The notes: generated from the sequence alone by a model not told the origin. DNA of 64,000 nt from Alphaproteobacteria bacterium (GCA_044223515.1 JBGALV010000002.1:64015-128014), one strand, 5' to 3'; counted from the stretch's first letter, positions 46,574 to 55,174 are shown. A program made the numbers and translations.

Positions 46574-46966
46574 TCAGATCCAGAACGGCGGGACGTTGTA
46601 GTAGTCGTGCACCTTCCGGGCCCAGACGGGATCGTCCCAGTCGAGCGCGTCGGTCTTACGATAGGTCGGAGCGCCTTCGAGCTGTTCCTTGTCGAGATCG
46701 ATGACGTAGCTTTCCAGCTTGGGATCGTACCTGAGCACGCTCCATGGCAGAGCATGGTAGCGATCGCCGATACCGAGGAAGCCGCCGAACGACATCACGG
46801 CGTAGGCGACCTTTCCGGTCAGCTTGTCGATCATCACGTTGTCGATCGAGCCGAGCTTCTCTCCCGACCGATTACGGACGGTGGTACCTTCGACCTTGTC
46901 CGCGGCGATCAGCTTGCGGGTCTCTGACGAGGACAGATGATCTTGATCCTGCGTATGCGTGGCCAT
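46574..46966 (-). CDS. PRC-barrel domain protein (cytoplasmic paralog)
   Basis: ..LIAADKVEGTTVRNRSGEKLGSIDNVMID..GKVAYAVMSFGGFLGIG.. parallels the neighbouring PRC-barrel protein. A GGAGG RBS precedes ATG 46966. Confidence 0.7.
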   Translation of the reverse strand: MATHTQDQDHLSSSETRKLIAADKVEGTTVRNRSGEKLGSIDNVMIDKLTGKVAYAVMSFGGFLGIGDRYHALPWSVLRYDPKLESYVIDLDKEQLEGAPTYRKTDALDWDDPVWARKVHDYYNVPPFWI

Positions 46967-47044
46967 TCCGGCCTCCTTCTTTGTTGAGAGCGGTCCGAAA
47001 CCGAACGCGGGATCGACGCTTGGAGTTGCCGGCACCGCCAACGC

Positions 47045-47890
47045 CTAAGCGGCAGCGACCCGCCGACGTCGGGCGATATTCTTGCGGGAGGGTGCCGAGC
47101 TCTTTCGAGACGCCTTCTGCCGGGTCGCCAGCGCCTGGGCGATGGTTGCCGTCAGCGCCTCGGGGTCGAACGGCTTGGTCAGCAGGAACGTAGGCTCCAC
47201 TTTGTCGCCGGTGAGGAAAGCTTCCGGGAATCCGGTGACGAAGATCACCGGGACCTCGCTGATGCGCATGATCTTCTCGACCGCTTCGATGCCGCTGTCC
47301 CCGTCCTTGAGCTGAACGTCGGCAAGAATAAGGTCCGGACGGAACTCCTCCGACAAGGCGACGGCCTTCGCCTCGGTATCGGCGACGCCGACGACGGTGT
47401 GACCTGCGGAACGGACGGTGACGACGATGTCCATCGCGATAACCGCCTCGTCTTCGATGACGAGGACCCGGGCGCCGGCGTCCTTCTGAAGGTCGAGCCG
47501 CGCTTGCAGCAGCTTTTCGCGGGCCTCGTCTGCCGAAAGTCCCAGGATCTCGCCGGCATTCGCAACCGAGAAGCCTTCGAGCGAGACCAGCAGAAGGATC
47601 TGCCGGTCCAGCGCCGGCAACGCGGCGATTTGGCGCTCGAGGTCGTCGTCGCCATCAGCGACGGTCGAGGGCTCGGCGGCCGGTTCGAGGCCATCGCACA
47701 CTTGGTGGAAGGCGCGGAAGGTCTCGAGCTTCGCGTCGCCGCTGCCGGAGACCAGCTCAGGATCCGCGAGCACAACCTCGAGAAATTGCCGGACGTAACG
47801 GTCGCCACGTTCCTGAGTGCCGGTCAGGGCTCGCGTATAACGACGAAGATAGGGGAGCACGCGAACCATCGAATCTGCGTGGAGGGCCAT
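47045..47890 (-). CDS. phyR: PhyR anti-anti-sigma response regulator (ECF-sigma-like N-domain plus receiver)
   Basis: N-terminal sigma-like VRVLPYLRRYTRALTG..FLEVVL and a C-terminal receiver (ARVLVIEDEAVIAMD..DLILADVQLKDGDSG..TKPF). 282 aa. A GGAGA RBS is present. Confidence 0.85.
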   Translation of the reverse strand: MALHADSMVRVLPYLRRYTRALTGTQERGDRYVRQFLEVVLADPELVSGSGDAKLETFRAFHQVCDGLEPAAEPSTVADGDDDLERQIAALPALDRQILLLVSLEGFSVANAGEILGLSADEAREKLLQARLDLQKDAGARVLVIEDEAVIAMDIVVTVRSAGHTVVGVADTEAKAVALSEEFRPDLILADVQLKDGDSGIEAVEKIMRISEVPVIFVTGFPEAFLTGDKVEPTFLLTKPFDPEALTATIAQALATRQKASRKSSAPSRKNIARRRRVAAA

Positions 47891-48027
47891 CTGTTTCTCC
47901 GTTTTAGGCGGGCCGGCGCGACCGTGCCCGACCGCCATTTTGTCCCTAGGTCGAAGGAGGATCCCGTGGTCGCCGAAGCTATCGGTGGCCACAGCTTGTG
48001 GGTGGATTGGATAAGACCTTGATTGCC

Positions 48028-48052
48028 TGAACCAATGCGTCTCCGGACCGTT
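48028..48052 (+). promoter_or_regulatory. EcfG-type promoter (GAAC-N16-CGTT) driving nepR, divergent from phyR
   Basis: The sequence is tGAACcaatgcgtctccggacCGTTga. The -35 GGAAC-like element and the -10 CGTT are spaced 16 nt apart. Confidence 0.6.
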
Positions 48053-48151
48053 GACTCAAACGCAGGGGACGCAACCGCCCCCGCACTGAAATGGTATCTG
48101 CGGGTGCAGCGGGGTCGAGCGGCAAACCGGTGGCAAAGGGGTGATCAGGCC

Positions 48152-48337
48152 GTGACCGAGCCGAATCGTCCAAAGAAACCAATTCATAAACAAAAAAAGG
48201 CAAATACCAGGGAGCCACCCGTCGTTGCTCCGGCCGATGAACGGCGTGCGCTCTCCGACCGTCTGAAAACACTCTATGGCGCGGTCGTCGAAGAGCCTCT
48301 TCCATTGGACATGTTGCGTCTCTTGAGGAAGCAGTGA
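48152..48337 (+). CDS. nepR: NepR anti-sigma factor
   Basis: C-terminal ERRALSDRLKTLYGAVVEEPLPLDMLRLLRKQ matches the conserved NepR core (..L..LY..V..EP.P..L..LL). A GTG start lies after an AAGGGG RBS. The longer ORF starts upstream of its own promoter. Confidence 0.7.
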   Translation: MTEPNRPKKPIHKQKKANTREPPVVAPADERRALSDRLKTLYGAVVEEPLPLDMLRLLRKQ

Positions 48338-48402
48338 CCCGCAAAAGGAAACGGCCGGGCGCGAGCCCGGCCGTCCGTACCTCTTCATGGAATGGATCTG
48401 CG

Positions 48403-48681
48403 TTAGGCGCCAGGCCCGTTGAGGTCGCGACGCCAGATCGGCTCGCCCAGATCTACCTGCCGTTCATTGGTGACCGCGCCGGTAGCACCGCCGGCCGCCG
48501 CACCGATCAGCGCACCCGGAACCGCACCGATGCCGCCGAAGATCGCGCCCACGGCCGCACCGCCAGCTGCGCCGATGGCTGCTCCGCCGCCGGCGCGTTC
48601 AACCGGCCGGTTGGCCGTACCGCAGCCGGCCACGACCGCAGCCGTCACGAGCAGACAAGGGATCAAGCGAAGGTAAGTCAT
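48403..48681 (-). CDS. glycine-zipper (Gly-zipper_2TM / YMGG-like) lipoprotein
   Basis: Lipobox LLVTAAVVAGC, then GAAIGAAGGAAVGAIFGGIGAVPGALIGAAAGGATGAV. Confidence 0.7.
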   Translation of the reverse strand: MTYLRLIPCLLVTAAVVAGCGTANRPVERAGGGAAIGAAGGAAVGAIFGGIGAVPGALIGAAAGGATGAVTNERQVDLGEPIWRRDLNGPGA

Positions 48682-48762
48682 GTCACACTCCTCGATACCA
48701 ATCTCATGCCCTTAGAAGGTCGCGGGTATGAATGCGTTCCTTATCCGACGTCCTTCAACCGA

Positions 48763-49335
48763 CTAAGTCGCCGTGATTTCATGGACATGCACGTCGGTAG
48801 CCCCGTGCCGTTTTAGGATCTCCAAGGCCTGTTCTTCCTGTGCGCCGCTCTGGATCTTCACCCAGAGCAGGATTCCGCCCTGGTCGACCTGATCGCGCAG
48901 GAAATCGCTGCGGCTCCCGCTGATCCACCGGCCGATCGTATTTGCCGCAGCGGCAGCGCCGCCGCCAGCGGCGGCCGCTCCGATCGCCGCGGCCAGCGCA
49001 CCGCCGCCTGTCAGGATAGTGGCGCCCGATGCCGCGAACGCAGCGATCACCGCCGCCAGGCTGGTCGCAAGCGTGCGGCCCTGCCGGACATCTTCGTCCT
49101 CGACGACCGGGCTCCTCTTCACCTCGGGCTCGTCGGCCGCCTGGTGCATGTCATGACCGTGCGCTGGAATGCCGGGCTGGAAGACACCCTCCTGCCCGAG
49201 CAGGCTCATCTCGGACTTGTCCCAGCCGGAGCTGGCGAGCTCGGCGATCGCCTTCTCCAGCGCCTCGGCCGAGTGAAAAGCGCCGACGACCTCGCGGACG
49301 ACCGCCTCTTCATGGACGACGCGTCGAGTAGTCAT
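48763..49335 (-). CDS. YflT/GSP17M-like general stress protein with glycine-zipper segment
   Basis: N-terminal VVGAFHSAEALEKAIAELASSGW resembles the YflT domain. The central Gly/Ala zipper is ILTGGGALAAAIGAAAAGGGAAAAAN. Confidence 0.5.
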   Translation of the reverse strand: MTTRRVVHEEAVVREVVGAFHSAEALEKAIAELASSGWDKSEMSLLGQEGVFQPGIPAHGHDMHQAADEPEVKRSPVVEDEDVRQGRTLATSLAAVIAAFAASGATILTGGGALAAAIGAAAAGGGAAAAANTIGRWISGSRSDFLRDQVDQGGILLWVKIQSGAQEEQALEILKRHGATDVHVHEITAT

Positions 49336-49370
49336 GATCTCGCTCCTCGGGGATGGATCGGTTGTGCGGG

Positions 49371-49727
49371 TCAGCCGTGGTGGCGATTGCGCATGAACAG
49401 CCCGAACATCAGGCCCGCCGCTGCCGCGAGGACGGTCAACGGCGACTCCTGCTTGAGCGCGCTCACGATCTGGTCGACCGCTTCGTCGCCGGACTGCGCA
49501 CCGACGGCCGCTTTGGCTATCGGCGCGATTGCGCCACGCGAACGCCGACGGTTGGCCATCGCCTCCGAGACGAGCCAGATGAAGCCCGCCAGGATGATGA
49601 GACCGCCACCGACCATGAGAGCCGCCAGCGCCGGGGGATAGATCGCGCTCAGCGCCAGGTAGCTGGACGCGATCAAGAACGCCGCGCCGGTCACGGCCAG
49701 CACGATGACGACGATGGTCGAAACCAT
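49371..49727 (-). CDS. YqjE-like (phage-holin-family / DUF1469-like) small membrane protein
   Basis: 118 aa with two TM helices, directly downstream of the DUF883 gene as in E. coli yqjD-yqjE. The ATG is at 49727. The longer 170-aa ORF overlaps DUF883. Confidence 0.55.
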   Translation of the reverse strand: MVSTIVVIVLAVTGAAFLIASSYLALSAIYPPALAALMVGGGLIILAGFIWLVSEAMANRRRSRGAIAPIAKAAVGAQSGDEAVDQIVSALKQESPLTVLAAAAGLMFGLFMRNRHHG

Positions 49728-49746
49728 GGGGACTATCGCTTCGACG

Positions 49747-50061
49747 TCAACGCCGCAGCGTAAGCATCGCCGCGGCCACGCCCGCGGCGAACGCGGTGGC
49801 GAGCGAGGCCATCGGATTGTTCGCGACCTGGCTCCGTACCACGTCTCCGGTATCGGCGGCGGCCTGCCGGGCGGTGCCGACACCGTCGGTCAGCAGATCC
49901 TGAAACTGCTCTTGGATCCGGTCCAGCTGCTCGCGCGCCTTCTCGACGCCGACTTCCTTTCCGCTCGACGCGATCTGCTCGAGATCGCCGACAAGGGATG
50001 ACAGGTCGTTCTGCAGAGCACGGATGCCGGACTGCAGCTTACGGCTCTCACGGGATGCCAT
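49747..50061 (-). CDS. DUF883 (ElaB/YqjD/YgaM family) membrane-anchored stress protein
   Basis: MASRESRKLQSGIRALQNDLSSLVGDLEQ... coiled coil plus a C-terminal TM anchor (MASLATAFAAGVAAAMLTL). A GGAAGGAG RBS is present. Confidence 0.75.
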   Translation of the reverse strand: MASRESRKLQSGIRALQNDLSSLVGDLEQIASSGKEVGVEKAREQLDRIQEQFQDLLTDGVGTARQAAADTGDVVRSQVANNPMASLATAFAAGVAAAMLTLRR

Positions 50062-50106
50062 TGGTGACTCCTTCCGCGGCGGGGAATTGCCGTCTTCGAA
50101 GCGAAA

Positions 50107-50131
50107 AACGCGAACTGGCGCGAAGGGTTCC
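50107..50131 (-). promoter_or_regulatory. EcfG-type promoter (GGAAC-N16-CGTT) for the DUF883 operon
   Basis: The minus strand reads GGAACccttcgcgccagttcgCGTTtttc, 37 nt upstream of the DUF883 ATG. Confidence 0.65.
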
Positions 50132-50199
50132 GCCCGTCGCGGGAACCGGCGAAGGGGCAAGGGGTTGAATGTTCGTTGAGCCCTCAGGGGGAGGTCCCC

Positions 50200-50361
50200 A
50201 TGCCGACATTAGGAATCATGCTGATGGTGGCGCTGGTCCTGACGCTGATCGGGCTGGTGCCGACCACCACCGACGGACGCAGCTGGACACGTTCCGGCGG
50301 CGGAGTCCTCGGCGCCTTCCTGGTCGTCGTCCTTCTGTTGAGCGCCAGCGTCCGTCTCTAG
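50200..50361 (+). CDS. DUF3309-like small membrane protein (second copy)
   Basis: MPTLGIMLMVALVLTLIGLVPTTTDGRSWTRSGGGVLGAFLVVVLLLS parallels the DUF3309 protein at 20696. A GGGGGAGG RBS is present. Confidence 0.55.
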   Translation: MPTLGIMLMVALVLTLIGLVPTTTDGRSWTRSGGGVLGAFLVVVLLLSASVRL

Positions 50362-50375
50362 GTGAAGGCTCTCAG

Positions 50376-50627
50376 ATGACTCCAGACAAGAAGCGCCCTG
50401 AAGACGCGATGCGGGAGCCGCGGCATTCCGAAGAGACGCCGTTGCAGGCACGCGGCCCTGATCCGCGCCTGGACACACGCCCGGAGGAGATCGACGACGG
50501 CCCCAACGGGAAACTCGCCGGCGGGGCTCACCACGACAAAAAGCCGCCGGTTCTGAAGAAGCAGGAAGACAAGCACCGCGCCCTCGAGCGCGGACGCCCG
50601 TCAGATACCGGACGCGCAGGCGCCTGA
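50376..50627 (+). CDS. small hydrophilic (hydrophilin-like) stress protein, hypothetical
   Basis: 83 aa, highly charged (K/R/D/E/P-rich), with a GAAGG RBS. Context is the general stress island. Confidence 0.4.
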   Translation: MTPDKKRPEDAMREPRHSEETPLQARGPDPRLDTRPEEIDDGPNGKLAGGAHHDKKPPVLKKQEDKHRALERGRPSDTGRAGA

Positions 50628-50657
50628 TCGCGCGTCCTTCAATTTCCGGAGTGAAGC

Positions 50658-50825
50658 ATGTTGCAATGGGCCCTGACGTTTCTGCTGATCGCGCTCGTGG
50701 CCGGCCTCTTCGGCTTCGGCGGCGTCGCGGTCGTCGCCGCCGACTTCGCTCGGATCTTGTTCTTCATCTTCCTGGTTCTGTTCGTCGTGACGTTGGCATC
50801 GGGCCTGTTCCGACGCCGCGCCTGA
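50658..50825 (+). CDS. DUF1328 (UPF0391) small membrane protein
   Basis: MLQWALTFLLIALVAGLFGFGGVAVVAADFARILFFIFLVLFVVTLASGLFRRRA (55 aa) is the canonical DUF1328 pattern. It is below the ORF-track size cutoff. Confidence 0.7.
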   Translation: MLQWALTFLLIALVAGLFGFGGVAVVAADFARILFFIFLVLFVVTLASGLFRRRA

Positions 50826-50850
50826 CCCAGCGAGCTGACTTCCGCTCTGC

Positions 50851-50876
50851 GGAACCTCACCCTCCGCGATCGCGTT
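50851..50876 (+). promoter_or_regulatory. EcfG-type promoter (GGAAC-N17-CGTT) for csbD
   Basis: GGAACctcaccctccgcgatcgCGTTgg lies ~33 nt upstream of the csbD ATG. Confidence 0.65.
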
Positions 50877-50908
50877 GGAGAACTGCTTTTCAGCAGAGGA
50901 GAATTGCA

Positions 50909-51109
50909 ATGAATTGGGATATCGCCGACGGCAACTGGAAGACCTTCAAGGGCAAGGTCAAGCAGCAGTGGGGCAAGCTCACCGATGACGACCTGACCCA
51001 GATCGAGGGCAAGCGCGACGAGCTGCTCGGCCGCCTCCAGGAGCGGTACGGCATCGCCAAGGACGAAGCCGACAAGCAGGTGAGGGACTGGGAGTCGCGG
51101 CTGAACTAG
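50909..51109 (+). CDS. csbD: CsbD-family general stress protein
   Basis: MNWDIADGNWKTFKGKVKQQWGKLTDDDLTQIEGKRDELLGRLQERYGIAKDEADKQVRDWESRLN is the textbook CsbD pattern. An AGGAGA RBS is present. Confidence 0.9.
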   Translation: MNWDIADGNWKTFKGKVKQQWGKLTDDDLTQIEGKRDELLGRLQERYGIAKDEADKQVRDWESRLN

Positions 51110-51188
51110 CCGCTCCCTCTCGGTGTCACGGCGGCCGGGCGATGCCCGGCCGCTTCGTTTTTGGCCGGGCCGCGGATAGATTGTCCGC

Positions 51189-52214
51189 ATGACCAAGAAG
51201 CATCGCGCCGCCATCGTCGGTCTCGGCATGGCCCATGGCCAACACCTCCAGAGCCTTCGCGACCTCGAGGACCGTGTCGAGATCGCGTCAGCTTTCACGC
51301 CGAGCGCCAAGCGACGCGAGACGTTCGGCAGTGCCAATCCCGGCATTCGGCTCGTCGACGATCTGAAGCCTATACTCGACGACGCCTCGATCGACGTCGT
51401 CCTGATCCTCACGCCACCCAACTCCCATCTCGATCTCGTCGAACGCTGCGCCGCGGCCGGCAAGCATGTGCTGCTGGAGAAGCCGGTCGAGGTCACGACC
51501 GAGCGCGCGGAGAAAGCGGTCGTCGCCATGGAGCGTGCCGGCCGGAAGCTCCAGATCATGCTGCAGCACCGGTTCCGAGAGGGGGCTCGCCATCTGGCCG
51601 AGATCATGCGCGCCGGCGGTCTTGGTGCGCTGGTCTCCGGATCGGCGCAGATCCGCTGGTGGCGATCGCCCGAATACTTCGCCCAGCCCGGCCGCGGCAT
51701 GAAGGCGCGCGACGGTGGCGGCGTGCTCATCACCCAGGCGATCCACACACTCGACCTGTTCCAGAGCCTGACCGGCCCGATCTCCCAGGTCGCGGCGATG
51801 GCCGTCACCTCCCCACTCCGCAGGATCGACACCGAGGACGTAGTCGGCGCCGCGATCCGCTTCGCCAATGGCGCGGTCGGCACCATCGATGCGACGACGG
51901 TGGCATATCCCGGCTTCACCGAACGAATGGAACTCGCCTGCGAGAAGGGCACTGCGGTACTGACCGCCGGCGATCTGGTCATCGACTGGAAGGACGGCCG
52001 CGAGGAGAAGGTCGCCTCCGATCAGGGCAGCGGCGGCGGCGCCGATCCGATGGCGTTCTCCCACAAGGGCCATCGTTCGGTGATCGCCGACCTGCTCGAC
52101 GCGATCGACCAGGATCGGGAGCCGGAGATCAGCGGCCGGAAGGCTCTTGCCGTGCATCGCCTGATAGATGGCCTGCTGGCGTCGTCGGAACGAGGCGCGC
52201 CGGTCACGCTGTAA
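51189..52214 (+). CDS. Gfo/Idh/MocA family oxidoreductase
   Basis: AAIVGLGMAHGQH Rossmann start and ..EKP.. motif. 341 aa. Confidence 0.8.
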   Translation: MTKKHRAAIVGLGMAHGQHLQSLRDLEDRVEIASAFTPSAKRRETFGSANPGIRLVDDLKPILDDASIDVVLILTPPNSHLDLVERCAAAGKHVLLEKPVEVTTERAEKAVVAMERAGRKLQIMLQHRFREGARHLAEIMRAGGLGALVSGSAQIRWWRSPEYFAQPGRGMKARDGGGVLITQAIHTLDLFQSLTGPISQVAAMAVTSPLRRIDTEDVVGAAIRFANGAVGTIDATTVAYPGFTERMELACEKGTAVLTAGDLVIDWKDGREEKVASDQGSGGGADPMAFSHKGHRSVIADLLDAIDQDREPEISGRKALAVHRLIDGLLASSERGAPVTL

Positions 52215-52295
52215 GATTGCGCCACCCTCGACCCGTCGCTATAAGCTCACCTTCCCCGGCCGGCGGCCTCGTGCCGCCGGTGGAACTGCCTCGGT

Positions 52296-52372
52296 CGGAG
52301 CGTAGCGCAGCCTGGTAGCGCATCAGTCTGGGGGACTGGGGGTCGTGGGTTCAAATCCCGCCGCTCCGACCA
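52296..52372 (+). tRNA. tRNA-Pro (anticodon GGG)
   Basis: Manual fold: acceptor CGGAGCG/CGCTCCG, D-stem GCGC/GCGC, anticodon stem TCAGT/ACTGG with loop CTGGGGG (anticodon GGG), T-arm GTGGG-TTCAAAT-CCCGC, discriminator A plus CCA. Confidence 0.8.
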
Positions 52373-52541
52373 ATTCTCTCGAATATTTGGCTCGACCGAT
52401 CGCCTTCGATTTCGGAGGATGACCTGACATAGCCGTCGCATATTTTTACTAAATAATATTGTGTATTGATTTTTTTCACATAAACAACCAGCTTTTCGCC
52501 ATCTACTGTCCACGCCATCGATATCCCCCGGGGAGGCCGTC

Positions 52542-54125
52542 GTGATCTCATCTGTTTTCCGTACCATCGCAGTTGCCGCTGCCCTACTCGCCGGCGCGGC
52601 ACTCGTCACGCCCACGGCCGAGGCCCAGCAGCCTAAGCACGGCGGCACGCTCCGCTTCGTCATGAAGTACGAACCGCCGACACTCTCGGTGCTCAACAAC
52701 ACCTCGACGACGACGACCTCGCCCAAGATCTGGGACGGGCTCCTCGCCTACGATCCCGACCTCAAGCCGCTGCCGATGCTGGCGACCTCCTGGGCGGTCT
52801 CGCCGGACGGGCTGCAGTACACCTTCAACCTGCGTGAAGGCGTCACCTTCCATGACGGCAAGCCGTTCACCTCGGCCGATGTGGCCTTCTCGATCCTGCG
52901 CCTGAAGGCCGGCCATCCGCGCGGCCGCGGCACCTTCGCCAATGTCGAAGAGGTGAAGACTCCCGACGCCAAGACCGCGATCGTCGTGCTTTCGAAGCCC
53001 TCGCCCTACATGCTGGTGGCGCTCGGCGGCTCGGAATCTCCCATGATCCCGAAGCACCTCTATGAAGGCGTCGACGTTGCGGCTCCGCCCGCGCAAGCGC
53101 TGCACATCGGCACGGGACCGTTCGTCCTCAAGGAATGGGTGCGTGGCAGCCACGCGCTCCTCGAGCGCAATCCAAACTACTGGGACAAGCCGAAGCCCTA
53201 CCTCGACCGGGTGATCATCCGCTTCATGCCGGATGCCGCCGCCCGCGCCGCGGCCTTCGAGTCCGGCGATCTCGACCTCGGCGGCAGCGCACCCGTGCCG
53301 CTCGCCGACCTCGAGCGCTACAAGAACCACCCGAAGCTCGCCGTCGACACGCGCAGCTTCGCCTATACCGGCGCGCAGCATCAGATCTTCTTCAACCTCG
53401 ACACGCCGGTGCTGAAGAACAAGAAGGTCCGAGAGGCAGTCGCGCATTCGCTCAACCTCGACGCCATCGTCGAGACGGTGTTCTACGGCCAGGCCAAGGT
53501 CTCGCCCTCGCCGGTCAGCGTCGCGCTGACGCCGTGGTACGACCCGGCCGTGCAGCCGCGTAAGTTCGACGTGGCCCTCGCCAACAAACTGCTCGACGAA
53601 GCCGGTCAGCCGCGCACCGGCGGCGGCAACCGCTTCCAGGTCCGCCTGCTGATCAACCCATTCATCGACGGGCGCTTGGCTGAATTCGTCCGCCAGTCGC
53701 TGCGCCAGGTCGGTATCGATGCAGTGATCCAGAACCTCGAGTTCGGCGCCTATGCCAAGGCGGTCTACACCGACCGCGCCTTCGACCTGACGATCGAGTC
53801 CTTGACCAACGTCTTCGACCCGACCGTCGGCGTTCAGCGCGGCTACTGGTCGAAGAACTTCAAGCCGGGCCTGCCCTTCTCGAACTCGGCGCACTACGAG
53901 AACCCCGAGGTCGACCGTCTTCTCGAAGCGGCGGCGATCGAGGTCGATGCCGCCAAGCGCAAGCAGCTGTTCTCGCAGTTCCAGCGGATCGTCCACGAGG
54001 ACGTGCCCTCGGTCGACATGATCTCCCCGCTCGAGATCATCATCGCCAACAAGAAGATCCGGAACTACGCCCGCGGCGCCGAAGGCCTCGGCGACAACTT
54101 CGCCGACGTGCATTTCGTCGACTGA
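52542..54125 (+). CDS. ABC transporter substrate-binding protein, family 5 (peptide/nickel/opine type)
   Basis: Signal peptide, then family-5 SBP architecture over 527 aa. GTG start. Followed by dppBCDF-like genes. Confidence 0.8.
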   Translation: MISSVFRTIAVAAALLAGAALVTPTAEAQQPKHGGTLRFVMKYEPPTLSVLNNTSTTTTSPKIWDGLLAYDPDLKPLPMLATSWAVSPDGLQYTFNLREGVTFHDGKPFTSADVAFSILRLKAGHPRGRGTFANVEEVKTPDAKTAIVVLSKPSPYMLVALGGSESPMIPKHLYEGVDVAAPPAQALHIGTGPFVLKEWVRGSHALLERNPNYWDKPKPYLDRVIIRFMPDAAARAAAFESGDLDLGGSAPVPLADLERYKNHPKLAVDTRSFAYTGAQHQIFFNLDTPVLKNKKVREAVAHSLNLDAIVETVFYGQAKVSPSPVSVALTPWYDPAVQPRKFDVALANKLLDEAGQPRTGGGNRFQVRLLINPFIDGRLAEFVRQSLRQVGIDAVIQNLEFGAYAKAVYTDRAFDLTIESLTNVFDPTVGVQRGYWSKNFKPGLPFSNSAHYENPEVDRLLEAAAIEVDAAKRKQLFSQFQRIVHEDVPSVDMISPLEIIIANKKIRNYARGAEGLGDNFADVHFVD

Positions 54126-54133
54126 CGACGCTC

Positions 54134-54176
54134 GCCCCTCCCCCGCCCAATCGTGTGAGTGTGGGGGGGGAGGGTT
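54134..54176. repeat. REP-like GC-rich palindromic element (CCCCTCCCCCGCCC..GTGGGGGGGGAGGGTTA)
   Basis: Same element family as 5988-6150. The GGGGGAGGGTTA arm is shared. Confidence 0.6.
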
Positions 54177-54187
54177 ATAGTCCCGAC

Positions 54188-55174
54188 ATGTTCGAGAGCC
54201 GACGCCTGCTGCGCGTGCTGAGACGGACCGTGCTGCAGGCGGTGCCGACGATGCTCGGCATCGTCATCCTCAACTTCCTGCTGCTCCAGCTCGCGCCCGG
54301 CGATGCCGCCGACGTGATGGCCGGCGAGTTCGGCGGGGCCACCGAAGAGACGATGGCGATGCTGCGCCAGCGCTTCGGCCTCGACCTCCCGGTGCTGCAG
54401 CAGCTCCTCGCCTACTTGAGCAACCTTGCGCACTTCAGCCTCGGGCAGTCGCCGCGCTACGGCATGCCGGTCTCGGAGCTGATCGGCCAGCGCCTGCCAT
54501 CGACGCTGCTGCTGATGGGCTTCGCGCTCGCGATCGCGCTGGTGATCGGAATAGCGATCGGCACGGCCATGGCCATGACCGCCGGTCGCTGGACCGATCG
54601 CACGTTGTCGGTCATCTCCCTGGTCTTCTATTCGGTGCCGGGCTTCTGGATCGGCCTGATGCTGATCGTCGCCTTCTCGGTGAAGCTCGGCTGGCTGCCG
54701 AGCGGCGGCCAGGAGACGATCGGTGCCGGGCTTACCGGCCTCGACCATGTCGTCGACCGGCTGAGGCATATGATCCTGCCGGCTACCTCACTCGCCCTCT
54801 TCTACGTCGCGATCTATGGCCGACTGACCCGCGCCGCGGTGCTCGAGGTCGCCTCCCAGGATTATGTCCGCACCGCCGCGGCGAAGGGCCTGTCGCCGTT
54901 CAGCGTCACGCTGCGCCACATCCTTCGGAACGCGCTGCTGCCGGTGACGACGCTCGCCGGCATCCACCTGGGCGGCATCCTCGGCGGCGCCGTCGTCGTC
55001 GAGACGGTCTACAGCTGGCCGGGCCTCGGCCGTCTCGCCTTCGAGTCCGTGACGCGCCGAGACTTCAGCGTGCTGCTCGGCGTCCTGCTCCTGTCGTCGT
55101 TCCTGGTGATCATCGCCAATACGCTGATCGATCTGCTGCAAGCCTGGCTCGATCCCCGGATCGAGGTCCGCTGA
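54188..55174 (+). CDS. ABC transporter permease (DppB-like)
   Basis: MFESRRLLRVLRRTVLQAVPTMLGIVILNFLL is the typical DppB/OppB N-terminus. The ORF-track start at 54155 lies inside the REP element. Confidence 0.8.
   Translation: MFESRRLLRVLRRTVLQAVPTMLGIVILNFLLLQLAPGDAADVMAGEFGGATEETMAMLRQRFGLDLPVLQQLLAYLSNLAHFSLGQSPRYGMPVSELIGQRLPSTLLLMGFALAIALVIGIAIGTAMAMTAGRWTDRTLSVISLVFYSVPGFWIGLMLIVAFSVKLGWLPSGGQETIGAGLTGLDHVVDRLRHMILPATSLALFYVAIYGRLTRAAVLEVASQDYVRTAAAKGLSPFSVTLRHILRNALLPVTTLAGIHLGGILGGAVVVETVYSWPGLGRLAFESVTRRDFSVLLGVLLLSSFLVIIANTLIDLLQAWLDPRIEVR

Noticed and set aside
47891-48027. EcfG promoter for phyR on the minus strand
   Set aside because: I searched for AACG-N16/17-GTTCC on the plus strand (the reverse complement of the motif) and found no match. 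phyR may use a diverged or different promoter.
48023-48151. ATG-initiated long version of nepR (104 aa)
   Set aside because: This start lies upstream of the EcfG-type promoter that drives the gene. NepR proteins are ~60 aa, so the GTG at 48152 after an AAGGGG RBS is preferred.
49728-49883. Long start (170 aa) for the YqjE-like membrane protein
   Set aside because: The N-terminal 52 aa would overlap the DUF883 gene and are Pro/Arg-rich. The hydrophobic protein begins at MVSTIVV (ATG 49727).
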